From a virus (taxonomy: Duplodnaviria; Caudoviricetes): DNA of 64,000 bases. The first letter of the stretch is position 1. Each line of letters begins with the position of its first letter. The stretch lies in the IMG/VR virus record IMGVR_UViG_3300022876_000002; one strand, given 5' to 3'. The notes below the pieces were generated by a model. The model was not told the origin of the DNA. It ran no database searches and was given only the letters and a program-made list of their open reading frames with translations. Positions 36,701 to 46,091 of the stretch are shown here, piece after piece. The position numbers were made by a program, and so were the translations under genes.

Positions 36701-36980
36701 GCCGTTTGAAAATCTCGGCAGTACGCAGGAAGCTATGGTTCTTAGTCTTGTTGTCAGGGATTGCGCCGTAACGAGGAAAGTCCTTGAGGAACCTCACCGT
36801 CTTAATACTGTGCAGACTGTCCTCGTTGAAATGAGCCATTAAGGTCTCATCATCAGTACGTGAGTGGCTGTCGATCCGTTTGGCCTGATCGTCGATCAGT
36901 TCCTTAGGTAATGTGTGAGCACCCAGGTATTCCTGCAGCTTCTTAGCTGACTCGAGGAGCTTGGAATAATCAGAAGACAC
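33711..36980 (-). CDS. terL: terminase large subunit (phiKZ gp25-like) with intein
   Basis: 1089 aa. Walker A PRQQGK/T split by a 314-aa insertion, Walker B TTFLDE, nuclease motifs IGVDTS and HDDLV. Confidence 0.93.
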   Translation of the reverse strand: MSSDYSKLLESAKKLQEYLGAHTLPKELIDDQAKRIDSHSRTDDETLMAHFNEDSLHSIKTVRFLKDFPRYGAIPDNKTKNHSFLRTAEIFKRQGIKNYFFCLQLNNPMLRGVDPYAEDLTNEQRQWIMEECRANFWYFLREVCKVRADRYFQANRGNISFIWNYLNHITSYMIMPRQQGKYQPNTKKVRKKRKENAYGRPQDHWVNIGDLRVGDEIIDRYGNETTVIGVHPQGKKRTYLVTCSDGRTTEAGAEHLWSVGDHNRKVNVDPIWDEYTTSQIKRRINKGIKIELPLIEPEEGPPKKKRMIRPYVMGLLFAAPNDGKLIHLGKISQKATWYLSNKLPKHLKLVIQGDSAYLRMSNDNDLSITHAQGLPQDYLEGCIEDRRDVLHAFLDLAHPTPKGLLYKTSNRVIVNQLQYLARGLGGTATATDEGVVITLPEGCKYYKFNEAEEPNVPNQLFITKIEFSGDQECTCIEVDNEQHLYITDDFIVTHNTVSVQVINFWLTYINGRGYKTHVITLKSDNRAQFIDAVKRMRSCIPNYLVNSTYKDKDAGTYLTYRAFGEDKVNVLTINVPQIGQDAAGDVGRGLTVGTTFLDEPGYISWIEAIINGAMPSALTEMELCRENGQPYGIGYITTPNTTLHPSGAFMFEKLMSATEWREKFFDSYSESHLKDRLIRASPTKTTAPSVSMVYNYMQLGKNKDWVKRTIDELNLSLAKAKIDLLLMWVEDGENRLFDDLTREAINNVKREKLWSKEYRDSGLFVDFFVTQEQLMEMSKKEHNDHFIIGVDTSSAINKDACTLIIRSMKTGKVVGVGRYPLAMLDDVTAIIVDMLQVLQNSVLVIERNYAHHMIDSLLILLPSKGMDPFQRIFNQVYHEPALHSKELEAVQNTKFSYRDKNFYLKYKHLFGFNTSASSRKVLYGLIQEAVAVTGYGIAYDKLADELINLRTKGDRIDHDSKQHDDLVIAWLLTYWFIKLGGNKPYYGIMPALALTDTQNLLDVGKQKEETKMDPSIVAFFDNIRLKINGLTEELLKTNDNILALRLEAEIRKLTKLLPAETAKLLTVDSLLEGAKIERAKRMLERKLAA
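35496..36437 (-). mobile_element. intein (class 3-type) in the terminase Walker A motif
   Basis: GK|YQPNT...EAGAEHLW...CTCIEVDNEQHLYITDDFIVTHN|T. Ends His-Asn followed by Thr(+1). Removing it restores PRQQGKTVS. Confidence 0.92.
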
Positions 36981-37008
36981 TATAAATCCCCCAAGCGGTT
37001 TAAAGGAG

Positions 37009-37038
37009 CTAACCTACCGGCTTACGCCGGTAGGTTAG
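37009..37038. terminator. intergenic hairpin
   Basis: 13-bp stem CTAACCTACCGGC/GCCGGTAGGTTAG. Confidence 0.6.
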
Positions 37039-37052
37039 TAATCACGTAGTAT

Positions 37053-38780
37053 TTACGCAGTGACGCTGACACCAGTGTTCGCCAATTGGATTTCGTTACC
37101 AGCCGAATCCCGTTTGACCCACACCACGAACCAGGTCTTGCCGGTCTGCACAGAGATCGGCAGCGCCAAGTCCTTGTTCCAGTCAGACAGTGGGTACATC
37201 CACTTACGCCCGTCTTCGTGCATCAAGTAGAAGTGGGTAGGTGTAGGTGCCTTGTCTTCGTTGAACGAGTCGAAGCTTGGGTAGATACCCCAGTACAGCA
37301 GGTTCAGCCAAGCGGTCTGCGAGGTCATGGCGTTGGTCAAGCTAACTTTGGTGTTGGCACCATCGTTGACTTTGATTTTCAGTTCAGCACCCTGGTAGGT
37401 CGGTTTGTCGAAGACGAAGCTAACCTCGAACTTACGACCAGCCGTATTAAGATCACGCAACAAGGTGATCTCGGTATACTGAATGAACGTTACGGATTCG
37501 TAATCAATCGACACATCACGCAGGTTGATGTTGAAAATCATCGACTGTGCTACGCCGTAAGTAGACGGACGCCATGCCGGAGACTGACTGTTGATCTTGA
37601 CTTTCGCCGACACGTCAACAAAGGTCTTACGGTCCAGGTCATACAGGAAGTGCTGCAGACGGTAACCGTTGATCGTCGAATCCCACTGCGGGTAGGTGAA
37701 CAGACGTGGGCTGTACGCACCTTCCTTGGCTGCTGCTTCGAACGTGTAGATAGCCCGCTCGAATTCAGGGTTACCGGGACGGGCAACGTAGAACTGCTCG
37801 TTAGCCGCTAGCTTGTACACCAGTACCACTTGCGAGGTCTGACCTGGGTAGGTAGGACGGTGTTCCTGCAAGCCCTCGATAGAGAACTTGGTACCGTTAA
37901 CTGCCAACGGCCCAGAGCTGCTACCGTCGCTGTACAGCACTTCCGCACGCAACTCCAAGGACAGCAAGTTGACGTTGATAGGCACCATAACCTTATCAGG
38001 GTTGTTGGCGTTGCTGAACCATGGCGTAAGCAGACGAATCGAGTCGATGTACTTGATACCAACCCGGTGGTCTTTCATGTACGCGGAGTGCTGCACGCGC
38101 ACCAACTGCCCAGGTGGAATGAAGTTACCGTCGACGTCGTAGAACGCCAGGAAGCATTGCTTGCCGTTAGGCAGAGCTTCTTCGTTCTCCGTTACGCTGA
38201 ATGGACCAGTGGTTTTGATCTCCAGGTTAGTACGATCCACGATCTCTGCCAGTGGGGTAGGGATCTTGTTGGTCTGCATTACCAGACCTTGGTCGTACAC
38301 AGCCGAGATAATCTTGCCCTCGTTAGGAGCATTGCCCAAGTACAGCAAAGCGTAGTTCGCACCAGGACGCATGATGGTCGCATCTACACGCGCTACGTTA
38401 GGCCGTACACTGAAGTCTACAGCCAACAGGGCTTCACCAATCATTGGCCCACCACGGATACCAAAGATCCAGTCTTGTTCGACCGTAGCTTCCTCATCCG
38501 AGTTGATGGCGAACCAGGCTTCGAGTTCAGCTTTCAACGTACCTTCGTAGTCGACACGTTTTACCCGATACCAGGCTTTGTTGGGAACGTCCACTACCAA
38601 CTGGTTTTCCCGAGGTACTACATAACGCTCGAGTTCAGACAGTGGGTGGATGTCTGGATCGAACATGTCCTCGATATACAACACGAACATCAACGCGTTG
38701 CTGTTACGCGGATCGGCACTGGTGCCTGCAATCGCACCACTGACTACCGCATTGGGGGTGCTATCAAATAACCCTGCCAT
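37053..38780 (-). CDS. virion structural protein (phiKZ gp26 position)
   Basis: 575 aa, beta-rich, between the terminase and the gp27-like gene. Assigned by synteny. Confidence 0.7.
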   Translation of the reverse strand: MAGLFDSTPNAVVSGAIAGTSADPRNSNALMFVLYIEDMFDPDIHPLSELERYVVPRENQLVVDVPNKAWYRVKRVDYEGTLKAELEAWFAINSDEEATVEQDWIFGIRGGPMIGEALLAVDFSVRPNVARVDATIMRPGANYALLYLGNAPNEGKIISAVYDQGLVMQTNKIPTPLAEIVDRTNLEIKTTGPFSVTENEEALPNGKQCFLAFYDVDGNFIPPGQLVRVQHSAYMKDHRVGIKYIDSIRLLTPWFSNANNPDKVMVPINVNLLSLELRAEVLYSDGSSSGPLAVNGTKFSIEGLQEHRPTYPGQTSQVVLVYKLAANEQFYVARPGNPEFERAIYTFEAAAKEGAYSPRLFTYPQWDSTINGYRLQHFLYDLDRKTFVDVSAKVKINSQSPAWRPSTYGVAQSMIFNINLRDVSIDYESVTFIQYTEITLLRDLNTAGRKFEVSFVFDKPTYQGAELKIKVNDGANTKVSLTNAMTSQTAWLNLLYWGIYPSFDSFNEDKAPTPTHFYLMHEDGRKWMYPLSDWNKDLALPISVQTGKTWFVVWVKRDSAGNEIQLANTGVSVTA

Positions 38781-38794
38781 TTTTCACCTATGTC

Positions 38795-41470
38795 CTAGGG
38801 GCGCACACTGGAGTTAACCGTGTAGCTCCCTTCAATTTTGCACACGGAGTTTAAGAACAGTTCGTTTACCTTACGAATGAACACGAACTCTGTTGGGTTA
38901 ACCAGAGGAACAGTTGTATTCGCATACGGTTGGATCTCAAAATACCGACGATCGTAATCCAAGATAATTGGGTCGTAAGTCAACCACCACAAGTATGGTT
39001 GTACCAGATCCCGCACTTCCTGGTCACTGAACGTAGTCATCCCGTTAGTGAACTTAGGCACTGTCAGCAACCGGTTAAGGATAGCGTTGGTAACCACGTT
39101 CATGAACGGACTGTACAAGCGGTATTTGTCCTGGAGGTTAGGTACTACTGGAGCACCTACAGTACCCCCCGCCGGAGTGTCACCTTTCTCGTAGTGGATT
39201 TCTTCCGCCGCCGTCTTAGGCTTAGGCAACCACTTGGTCAGGTAATCACTTACCCGCTGGTCTACTTCACGACTAAGCTTACGCCGGGGATAAGACTTGT
39301 AGTCCTCCACCTTGCCGATTGGGCAATAGATGTGCTTGACACAGTAGGGGCGACCGTTAAGGATGGACCACTGGTCGTCAGGTACCAACCGCTCAGCGCG
39401 AGGGACCAAATCACTAAGGTATAACGCGCCATTAATAACCGTACGAGTAACTCGATCCCCACGCAGGTTGTAACGACTAAAGCGGCCAATAACCCCGCCG
39501 TCCACGAACCCAAGCTCGGTGTCAGCGTTAGGTCTAACCAGATTATCGTGGAAACCATGCGCTCGTACAGTGATCGTTTGCGGGCCATCAACAATGAACT
39601 CCTTGTTGTTGATGTAGCAGTACTGGTTGTTTCCCCACACCCAATCGACGTTCTCGATCAAAGGATGACCGTTTAACCAAAGATCCACTTCGGCAAAACT
39701 GTACGGGAAAATCTGACCACCACCAGTGTAGATCTCAGTAAGGGCGAATGCCAAGCTGTGATCGATGTGTTCCAGTTGGAACGTGTAAGCCAGGCACTTC
39801 TTGTTAGTGACCAGCACACCACGTTGGTTAACCCGGTCTAAGCCTACCCAGGAAACCATACCATTCTGGATTTTGTAAATCTTGGTATCGTCGGTAACAT
39901 CTTTCCAATCACCAGAAGGCTTACCGGTGATAATGTTCCAATTAACCACGTAGACCCGGAGATCATAGTTAGCATCAACCGCAGTGTCTACGTTAACGAT
40001 TTGTACGTCTACCGTACGCCCGGCTTCACCAAGGGTGAACTCTACCATTTTGCAGGCAGCGTTTTTAGGGCTGTAGAACTGGAGGTTCTGCTGATTGTAG
40101 AAAGCAATCAGTTTACCGTTTACGTCGTGTTCCCACGCAGTGAACCGTGCACGATAAGTGAAGGGTACTTCTACCCCGCGTTCACCTGGAGCATACGTAG
40201 CAGCCAACGGGGTCTCGCTAAGCACCCTGGTAGCGGCGTTGTAACCAATACCAGCAATGGCACTAGCTTTGCTGATGTTCCGCCACTGGCTACGGGTAAA
40301 GGACATGGTAGCCCCTTTCTCCAAACCATTGGCAGTCCACTCAGGCACGGTAGCCCGTGCACCAGTCATGGCACGCAAGATGTTCGCGTCACTGAACCGG
40401 TAAAGGTAACGGATGCGATGATGTTCGTGAGGCCATTGATAGATCCAGTCGGACTTCCGTACCAGTACGGTGATCTGGATGTTGCCTACTGTTGACAGAT
40501 CCGGATGGTACCCAGCAGCATTGTCAATGAATTCACCTGCAATAGCCACGTCACAGTGAGTCAACTGACGTACCGCACTGACGTCGTTACGGGGCAGCAA
40601 CAGACCTCGGTTGTTCTTACCAGTCAAGTAGTAGTCGTTATCGTCGAAATAACGAATAGTGAAATCACCCTTCACCTTTGGTGGGTGGATGATCACCTTG
40701 CGCTTCTGGTCCAGGTCGGAATAGAAGTTCTGCAAGCTACTGTACGAGTAGGTCTCTACCCGCAATACGGTTGGGTCGTGCCAGAACTCGACAATGTCCC
40801 CGATCTGCAATCCAGGGATAGCCGACAGGTTACCCTTGTAGAAAGCCCCGTTGTGGAACGCTCCAGTATAACCAGGTTTGGCTTTCCACTTGTTGTACAT
40901 GCTGACGAACGTGGCCAGTTCTTGCTGGTTGGCGTACGTCATCGACTCGTAAACAAATGGGTTGTGCGTGTCGTCCGAGTTCTCCCATTTTTCCACAGGG
41001 GAGCTAGGAGTGTAGCAACGGAACCACATGTCTGCTGCGTAAGGCATTGGGTATTGTTTGAATTTCTCAAACGCAAACAACACCAGCCCGTCGTAGGTGT
41101 GCATGATCCAAGCGTGGCTACGGCTGTACTGGAAACCCTTGGCGTTGTACAGGTCGATCTGTACCCCACGCTTACGACACAGCCGCCCGATGTTGATCCA
41201 GCGATCCAACGGGTTACGATTCAGCAGATTGTTGCGGAAGTTCCAATAACCAGGTACCAAACCAGCAGCACTGAAAATGTGGAACGTACGGTTTTGACGA
41301 GGCAGTGTACGCCACCGACCCATCAAGTTAAAGTTGTGGACCACACCGTCATTAGGAGTAGCCCGCACCAATTTGCATTGGTACTGGTTGTTCTCTTCCG
41401 GGTTACCCCAGATTTGTTGCTGGGCATGCAACACTAATGGAGTGTCGTCTGCGGGAGATCTATCGGCCAT
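38795..41470 (-). CDS. virion structural protein (phiKZ gp27 position)
   Basis: 891 aa, aromatic and beta-rich. Assigned by synteny. Confidence 0.7.
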   Translation of the reverse strand: MADRSPADDTPLVLHAQQQIWGNPEENNQYQCKLVRATPNDGVVHNFNLMGRWRTLPRQNRTFHIFSAAGLVPGYWNFRNNLLNRNPLDRWINIGRLCRKRGVQIDLYNAKGFQYSRSHAWIMHTYDGLVLFAFEKFKQYPMPYAADMWFRCYTPSSPVEKWENSDDTHNPFVYESMTYANQQELATFVSMYNKWKAKPGYTGAFHNGAFYKGNLSAIPGLQIGDIVEFWHDPTVLRVETYSYSSLQNFYSDLDQKRKVIIHPPKVKGDFTIRYFDDNDYYLTGKNNRGLLLPRNDVSAVRQLTHCDVAIAGEFIDNAAGYHPDLSTVGNIQITVLVRKSDWIYQWPHEHHRIRYLYRFSDANILRAMTGARATVPEWTANGLEKGATMSFTRSQWRNISKASAIAGIGYNAATRVLSETPLAATYAPGERGVEVPFTYRARFTAWEHDVNGKLIAFYNQQNLQFYSPKNAACKMVEFTLGEAGRTVDVQIVNVDTAVDANYDLRVYVVNWNIITGKPSGDWKDVTDDTKIYKIQNGMVSWVGLDRVNQRGVLVTNKKCLAYTFQLEHIDHSLAFALTEIYTGGGQIFPYSFAEVDLWLNGHPLIENVDWVWGNNQYCYINNKEFIVDGPQTITVRAHGFHDNLVRPNADTELGFVDGGVIGRFSRYNLRGDRVTRTVINGALYLSDLVPRAERLVPDDQWSILNGRPYCVKHIYCPIGKVEDYKSYPRRKLSREVDQRVSDYLTKWLPKPKTAAEEIHYEKGDTPAGGTVGAPVVPNLQDKYRLYSPFMNVVTNAILNRLLTVPKFTNGMTTFSDQEVRDLVQPYLWWLTYDPIILDYDRRYFEIQPYANTTVPLVNPTEFVFIRKVNELFLNSVCKIEGSYTVNSSVRP

Positions 41471-41473
41471 ATA

Positions 41474-42388
41474 TCACCCATGTAAGTCGTAAGCGTAATC
41501 CAGATTGAGTTTAAACGTAGCGAGCGTGTCTTTGTTGTACTTTGGATCCAGGTCCAGGCCCAACGGGGTTTTGTCGTATGCTTTAAAAGCAACGGCCCCA
41601 TAAACGAATGCAGTGAACAGGCAAGGTGCTTCAGTAGCAGCTCCTACTACGTGTTTACCCAACGCTGCAAACGTGTAAGTGGATACCAAGTGCAGGAAGT
41701 CACGGAACGTTACAGTTTTCAGTTTGTACAGTACCGGGTTTTCAATGATCGCCTCATGGAGTTCTACCAGGGTAGGTAAACGACCGACGTTCTCGATAAC
41801 ACCCAGTACAAAACCTTTGTCAGCCCCGAAGATAGACCGGGTAACGTTGATAGTCACCAATTCCAGATCGGAGTTAACAGGTTCTTCCAGACCGATGAAG
41901 TAATGCGCCAGCAGGATTTTCAGAGTCATGGCCTCGTTACTACCCATTGGGTTACGGCCAATCGAACTGGTTACCCCCAAGTTGCCCCGGTTGATAATCA
42001 GGTTACCCAATGCCCCAGCAAAAGCTTTAGTGGCCACGTTACGGGCTTGCTTCAGCGGAGTAAGGTTGTTCATTACTACGTCTTGCTGTAAGAAGGCAGC
42101 CAAACGCATGATCGTCAACTCATTTGGGTTGGTGACCACATTAGACTTTTCATGACGGTACGGACGCTCGTCATAAATGGTAATCATCTTGCGGTTGTAG
42201 GCTTGCAAGGTGATAGGGAAAGCGAAAATCTCGATTGGTAACTTTTTCTCGTGGGTGATTACAAACACCCCTTCCTTCTTGGTGGTCGTGAGACTTTGAT
42301 TGATATGCAAAGCCTGTATGGTGGCCTCCACCTTGTTCAGAACACGGAATGGTTTTCCGATAGTTGTGTTGTACGCGTCGATTTGCAT
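41474..42388 (-). CDS. virion structural protein (phiKZ gp28 position)
   Basis: 304 aa, divergent from the sheath gene. Assigned by synteny. Confidence 0.65.
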   Translation of the reverse strand: MQIDAYNTTIGKPFRVLNKVEATIQALHINQSLTTTKKEGVFVITHEKKLPIEIFAFPITLQAYNRKMITIYDERPYRHEKSNVVTNPNELTIMRLAAFLQQDVVMNNLTPLKQARNVATKAFAGALGNLIINRGNLGVTSSIGRNPMGSNEAMTLKILLAHYFIGLEEPVNSDLELVTINVTRSIFGADKGFVLGVIENVGRLPTLVELHEAIIENPVLYKLKTVTFRDFLHLVSTYTFAALGKHVVGAATEAPCLFTAFVYGAVAFKAYDKTPLGLDLDPKYNKDTLATFKLNLDYAYDLHG

Positions 42389-42503
42389 CGGTAAACCTCA
42401 TCAAAATAATATGTTATGTGCAGTGTGGAAAGACACCACATAGTCCCATAAAGGCTTGCATACGATTGTTTTAGGACCCCCTTCTGAACGTTAAGAGGTT
42501 CAT

Positions 42504-44678
42504 ATGACTGCTTTGACTAGCATCATCCCGGGGAAGGTGATCAATAACGGGATCAATGACGTATCGATTCCGGAGTACACGCCTGCCCAATCCACTCGCC
42601 CGTTGCACCTGCCAGTCATCCATGGAGTTTTCCCGAAGGGGCAAATGGCTGACGTAAATGGTGTGGTCTGGGTGAACACCAGCCAAGTAGGCGCGGTATT
42701 CGGTCAAGAAATCTTTGATCCTACTTCGCCGTACTACAACCCGAACTCCCTGCTGCTGCAAGCACTCGCTGCTGGTGGCCAGGCTTCGGTCGGTATCCGC
42801 CGTCTGTCGGCCAACAACGTGATAGCTCGTACTGCTCTGTCGGCTTTCGTTAGCCGTAAGACCATCCCGGACTACCAGCGTGACATCAACGGCCGCTTCA
42901 AGCGCGATGCCAACGGCGACTTGATCCCCAACGGTTCGAAGACCTTCAACGGTCTGGTAATCGAGATCAAGCCCGACCCGGATGCTGCTACCAAGGGTGT
43001 TGGTGCACTGACCCGTCGTACTATTCCAGCAGTACCTGCTGCCGGTGGTAACCCAGCGGTTCCTGCTCAGGAAGTGTTCCCGCTGTTCGACGGTATCGGT
43101 GGCATCGGTGACGAGTACAACAAAGGTGGTATGAACTTTGGTGTCCGTCCTGATGGCTTCGCCTACGGTGACATCGCCAACTTCGTAAAAGAGACCGGCG
43201 TGTTCCCGTACACCCTGCGTCAGTTCACCGACACCACGGCTGGTAAGCGTGTAAACGCTAAGACCTCCAAAGGTCGTGAGAACGTCGAAGCGACCCTGTT
43301 CGAGTGCGTGTACCAAAAGACTCGTTACAGCCTGCGTCGTGCCTTCGGCGAGTTCACCGGTACCGACGTCAACCGTAAAGTGGTTCCTGCTCCTGCCCCG
43401 TACTCCGGTGTGCACGTGTACCAGGATTCCATCACCGCGCTGTGCCAAGCGATGTACGCCATCGAACAGCCGAACAACACCGGCCTGGTTGAAGTCAAGA
43501 ACCAGCCGTACCGCCAGATGAACCCGTTCACCTGTGTGGACCACAATGGTGCTCCTTACTACGCGATCGCTACCGTTGACACCGTCAGCTGGGACATGAC
43601 CGCGGCAGTCAAGATCACCGGTGGTGTTTCGCCGTTCCTGGACAACGCAGGTAAACTGCCGTCCTACATCACTCCGGCTCCGCTGGACGATCCGTTCAAC
43701 GTATTGGCGAACACCAAGTCGCCGATCAACCGTAACGATGCGTGGTCGATCAACAACCACCTGATCGCAACGGACATGGAGCAGTATGTAGACTCGATCG
43801 AACAGTCGAACTACACGCGTAACCGTCAGTCCTTCTTCTACGACGTCGGCTACAAGCAAGACGTCAAAGACCAGGCCATCCGCCTGCTGGGCAGCCGTAA
43901 GGACATCATGGTAATCCCGTGCGCTACCGTATGGGCTCCAGGTAAGGCCACCGACATGGGTCAGCTGTACGCCCGTGCTGGTCAGCTGAACTCGGCTGTG
44001 CGCATGTTCCCTGAGTCCGAGTACTGGGGCACTCCGACCACCCGGTCGTCGATCAACCTGATCGAAGCGTTTATCATCGACGAAGTCACCGCAGACCTGT
44101 TCTCCGGTAACATCGACCTGGCATTCGCCTACGCCCAGTTCGCTGGTAACGCTCAGGGGATCATTTTCCCTGCGTTCTCGCCATCGCACGCGGACAACCG
44201 TATTCTGCGCACCATGCACACCCCGAACATCGAGTTCGAAGGTGACGTACAGTCGGCAGAGAACTTCAACCGTGGCTGCATCACCCTGCGTCCGTACGAC
44301 GCCGGTGATCGTCTGTTCCGCCCGGCCCTGGTAACCGTCAACCCCAACGTTGACTCGGTCCTCAAAGACCAGGTTACTGCGTTCCTCTGCGTGTGCATCG
44401 AGAAAATCTGTCAGGACATGTGGAACGTCGTCTGCGGCGACACCAACCTGACTGCGGCAAACTACGTGGCTGTGTTCAAGGACAAAGCCGAACGTAAGTG
44501 CCGTGACTCGCTGGGTTCGCTGGCGCGTAACATCACTGTTACCCCTTCCTACTCGGAAGGCACCGTCGGTAGCCGTGCTGTAATGAACACCCGTGTTGAT
44601 GCTTACTTCAACAAGGGCAAATATCAAATGACCATGGATCTCTTCGCCCACAACGAAGAAGATCTGGCCAACGCCTAA
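42504..44678 (+). CDS. tail sheath protein (phiKZ gp29-like)
   Basis: 724 aa with very strong codon bias. N-terminal PLHLP...FPKG segment typical of the family; followed by a ~300-aa tube gene. Confidence 0.85.
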   Translation: MTALTSIIPGKVINNGINDVSIPEYTPAQSTRPLHLPVIHGVFPKGQMADVNGVVWVNTSQVGAVFGQEIFDPTSPYYNPNSLLLQALAAGGQASVGIRRLSANNVIARTALSAFVSRKTIPDYQRDINGRFKRDANGDLIPNGSKTFNGLVIEIKPDPDAATKGVGALTRRTIPAVPAAGGNPAVPAQEVFPLFDGIGGIGDEYNKGGMNFGVRPDGFAYGDIANFVKETGVFPYTLRQFTDTTAGKRVNAKTSKGRENVEATLFECVYQKTRYSLRRAFGEFTGTDVNRKVVPAPAPYSGVHVYQDSITALCQAMYAIEQPNNTGLVEVKNQPYRQMNPFTCVDHNGAPYYAIATVDTVSWDMTAAVKITGGVSPFLDNAGKLPSYITPAPLDDPFNVLANTKSPINRNDAWSINNHLIATDMEQYVDSIEQSNYTRNRQSFFYDVGYKQDVKDQAIRLLGSRKDIMVIPCATVWAPGKATDMGQLYARAGQLNSAVRMFPESEYWGTPTTRSSINLIEAFIIDEVTADLFSGNIDLAFAYAQFAGNAQGIIFPAFSPSHADNRILRTMHTPNIEFEGDVQSAENFNRGCITLRPYDAGDRLFRPALVTVNPNVDSVLKDQVTAFLCVCIEKICQDMWNVVCGDTNLTAANYVAVFKDKAERKCRDSLGSLARNITVTPSYSEGTVGSRAVMNTRVDAYFNKGKYQMTMDLFAHNEEDLANA

Positions 44679-44693
44679 AGGAGGGTGTAGACC

Positions 44694-45593
44694 ATGGCAT
44701 CGGATACTAACCTGCCGCACCGGACGCCCGAGACGCTGCTTAACGTCAGCGACCCGTTTGTCCAGGCACTCGATATCGGTAACCGTCCGGTCATCAACCC
44801 AGCGCAAGGTGGGCAGTATGGCTGGGCTGGTAACATCTTCGAGTACGTTTCCACTCAACCACACGTTTCGCAACAGGCGTTCTGCATCGTGTTGTCGACT
44901 CCAGCCGGGTTCTCCCGGCTGCCAGCCGGTGACCAACTGCACTCCCTGTGCAAATCGTTCTTCGAGAACCGTACGCGGATCTTCGACGGTCTGTCCGACC
45001 AGACGCAAATTCAGTTCGCTGATATGCGCTGGACCGGTCACCGTATGGCGATCGCTGTTGGTGCTCAGCGTACCCTGGGTGCTGTGACCCACACCGGTTA
45101 CGACGTCGAAGGTGAACCATTCACCAAGATGTTCAAGGTATGGCAACAGTGGCTGGTAATGGACGCTGAAGTCCTCAACGCCAAGATGGTCATCCTGGAC
45201 GATCCGGGTGACATGCTGCTGGACGAAACCGGTTACTCGGCTATCTACTTCGAGCCGACTCGTAACTTCCGGGACATCGCCCACGCCGCGCTCCTGGTGG
45301 GTGGTCAGCCTACCCAAAACGTGCAGATCACTCTCCGTCGCAACAAGGACGAAGAGAACCAGATCCGCGATATCGCAATGGAGATGACTGGCGTCATCGA
45401 ATTCGACACCTACGCGGTGAAAGAGATCGCTCGCCAGATGCTCCAGCTGATGCCTCTGTACAACCCGGATGCTGTTACTGCTCCGGTCGGCTTCAGCCAG
45501 CGTACCGCGATCCTGGAGAACCTGCCGTCTGGCACCATCGAGCGCATGGTTGAGCAATCGACCCGCATCGATCAGCCAGCCTACCTGGGTTAA
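44694..45593 (+). CDS. tail tube protein (phiKZ gp30-like)
   Basis: 299 aa with GGAGG RBS, directly after the sheath, strong codon bias. Confidence 0.8.
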   Translation: MASDTNLPHRTPETLLNVSDPFVQALDIGNRPVINPAQGGQYGWAGNIFEYVSTQPHVSQQAFCIVLSTPAGFSRLPAGDQLHSLCKSFFENRTRIFDGLSDQTQIQFADMRWTGHRMAIAVGAQRTLGAVTHTGYDVEGEPFTKMFKVWQQWLVMDAEVLNAKMVILDDPGDMLLDETGYSAIYFEPTRNFRDIAHAALLVGGQPTQNVQITLRRNKDEENQIRDIAMEMTGVIEFDTYAVKEIARQMLQLMPLYNPDAVTAPVGFSQRTAILENLPSGTIERMVEQSTRIDQPAYLG

Positions 45594-45611
45594 GCGGTAA
45601 AGTTGTGGTTA

Positions 45612-45650
45612 TACCCCTACCCTAGCCCTTACAGGCTAGGGTAGGGGTTA
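45612..45650. terminator. bidirectional terminator / palindromic repeat
   Basis: Stem CCCTACCCTAGCC/GGCTAGGGTAGGG between convergent genes. Confidence 0.7.
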
Positions 45651-45658
45651 TGACTGCG

Positions 45659-46087
45659 TTATAGGAAAGGCTTGTGTTGGCTGTTGTCATAGGTATAAAT
45701 GTTCCCATTCATACTGATTAGTGCATCATTCTTCAGATTGATGACCTCGTTAAAGATCAACAAGTCCTTAGAGTGCGATCCTTTCCTGCTCAAGCTTACC
45801 GCTGCAGAACTGATGAAGCCACACATCTCCTTTAACGTTAATGACACCGGGAACCTACACTCCCATCCCCTTACACCTTGGGACAGTTGTGGGATCTCAG
45901 CTGTGTCATCGCGTATTAAGTCGATACGTCCACCGTAAATACCTAACTTGTACTCAAACGCCAACCCTGTGGGGGTTTTTACTACTGAGTATTTGAATCC
46001 TTTCAGCTCCAGGTAACGACTCCATACGCAGAACAAAGCCAGTAACGTTACAACGCACGCAATGAAATTCAGAGCTACGTCTAACAT
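45659..46087 (-). CDS. hypothetical membrane-anchored protein
   Basis: 142 aa with an N-terminal hydrophobic helix; AT-rich. Confidence 0.6.
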   Translation of the reverse strand: MLDVALNFIACVVTLLALFCVWSRYLELKGFKYSVVKTPTGLAFEYKLGIYGGRIDLIRDDTAEIPQLSQGVRGWECRFPVSLTLKEMCGFISSAAVSLSRKGSHSKDLLIFNEVINLKNDALISMNGNIYTYDNSQHKPFL

Positions 46088-46091
46088 AAGG

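Noticed and set aside
42471-45557. 1028-aa antisense ORF over the sheath and tube genes
   Set aside because: Shadow frame produced by the strong codon bias of the real genes. It has no RBS and atypical V/R/H/Q-rich composition.
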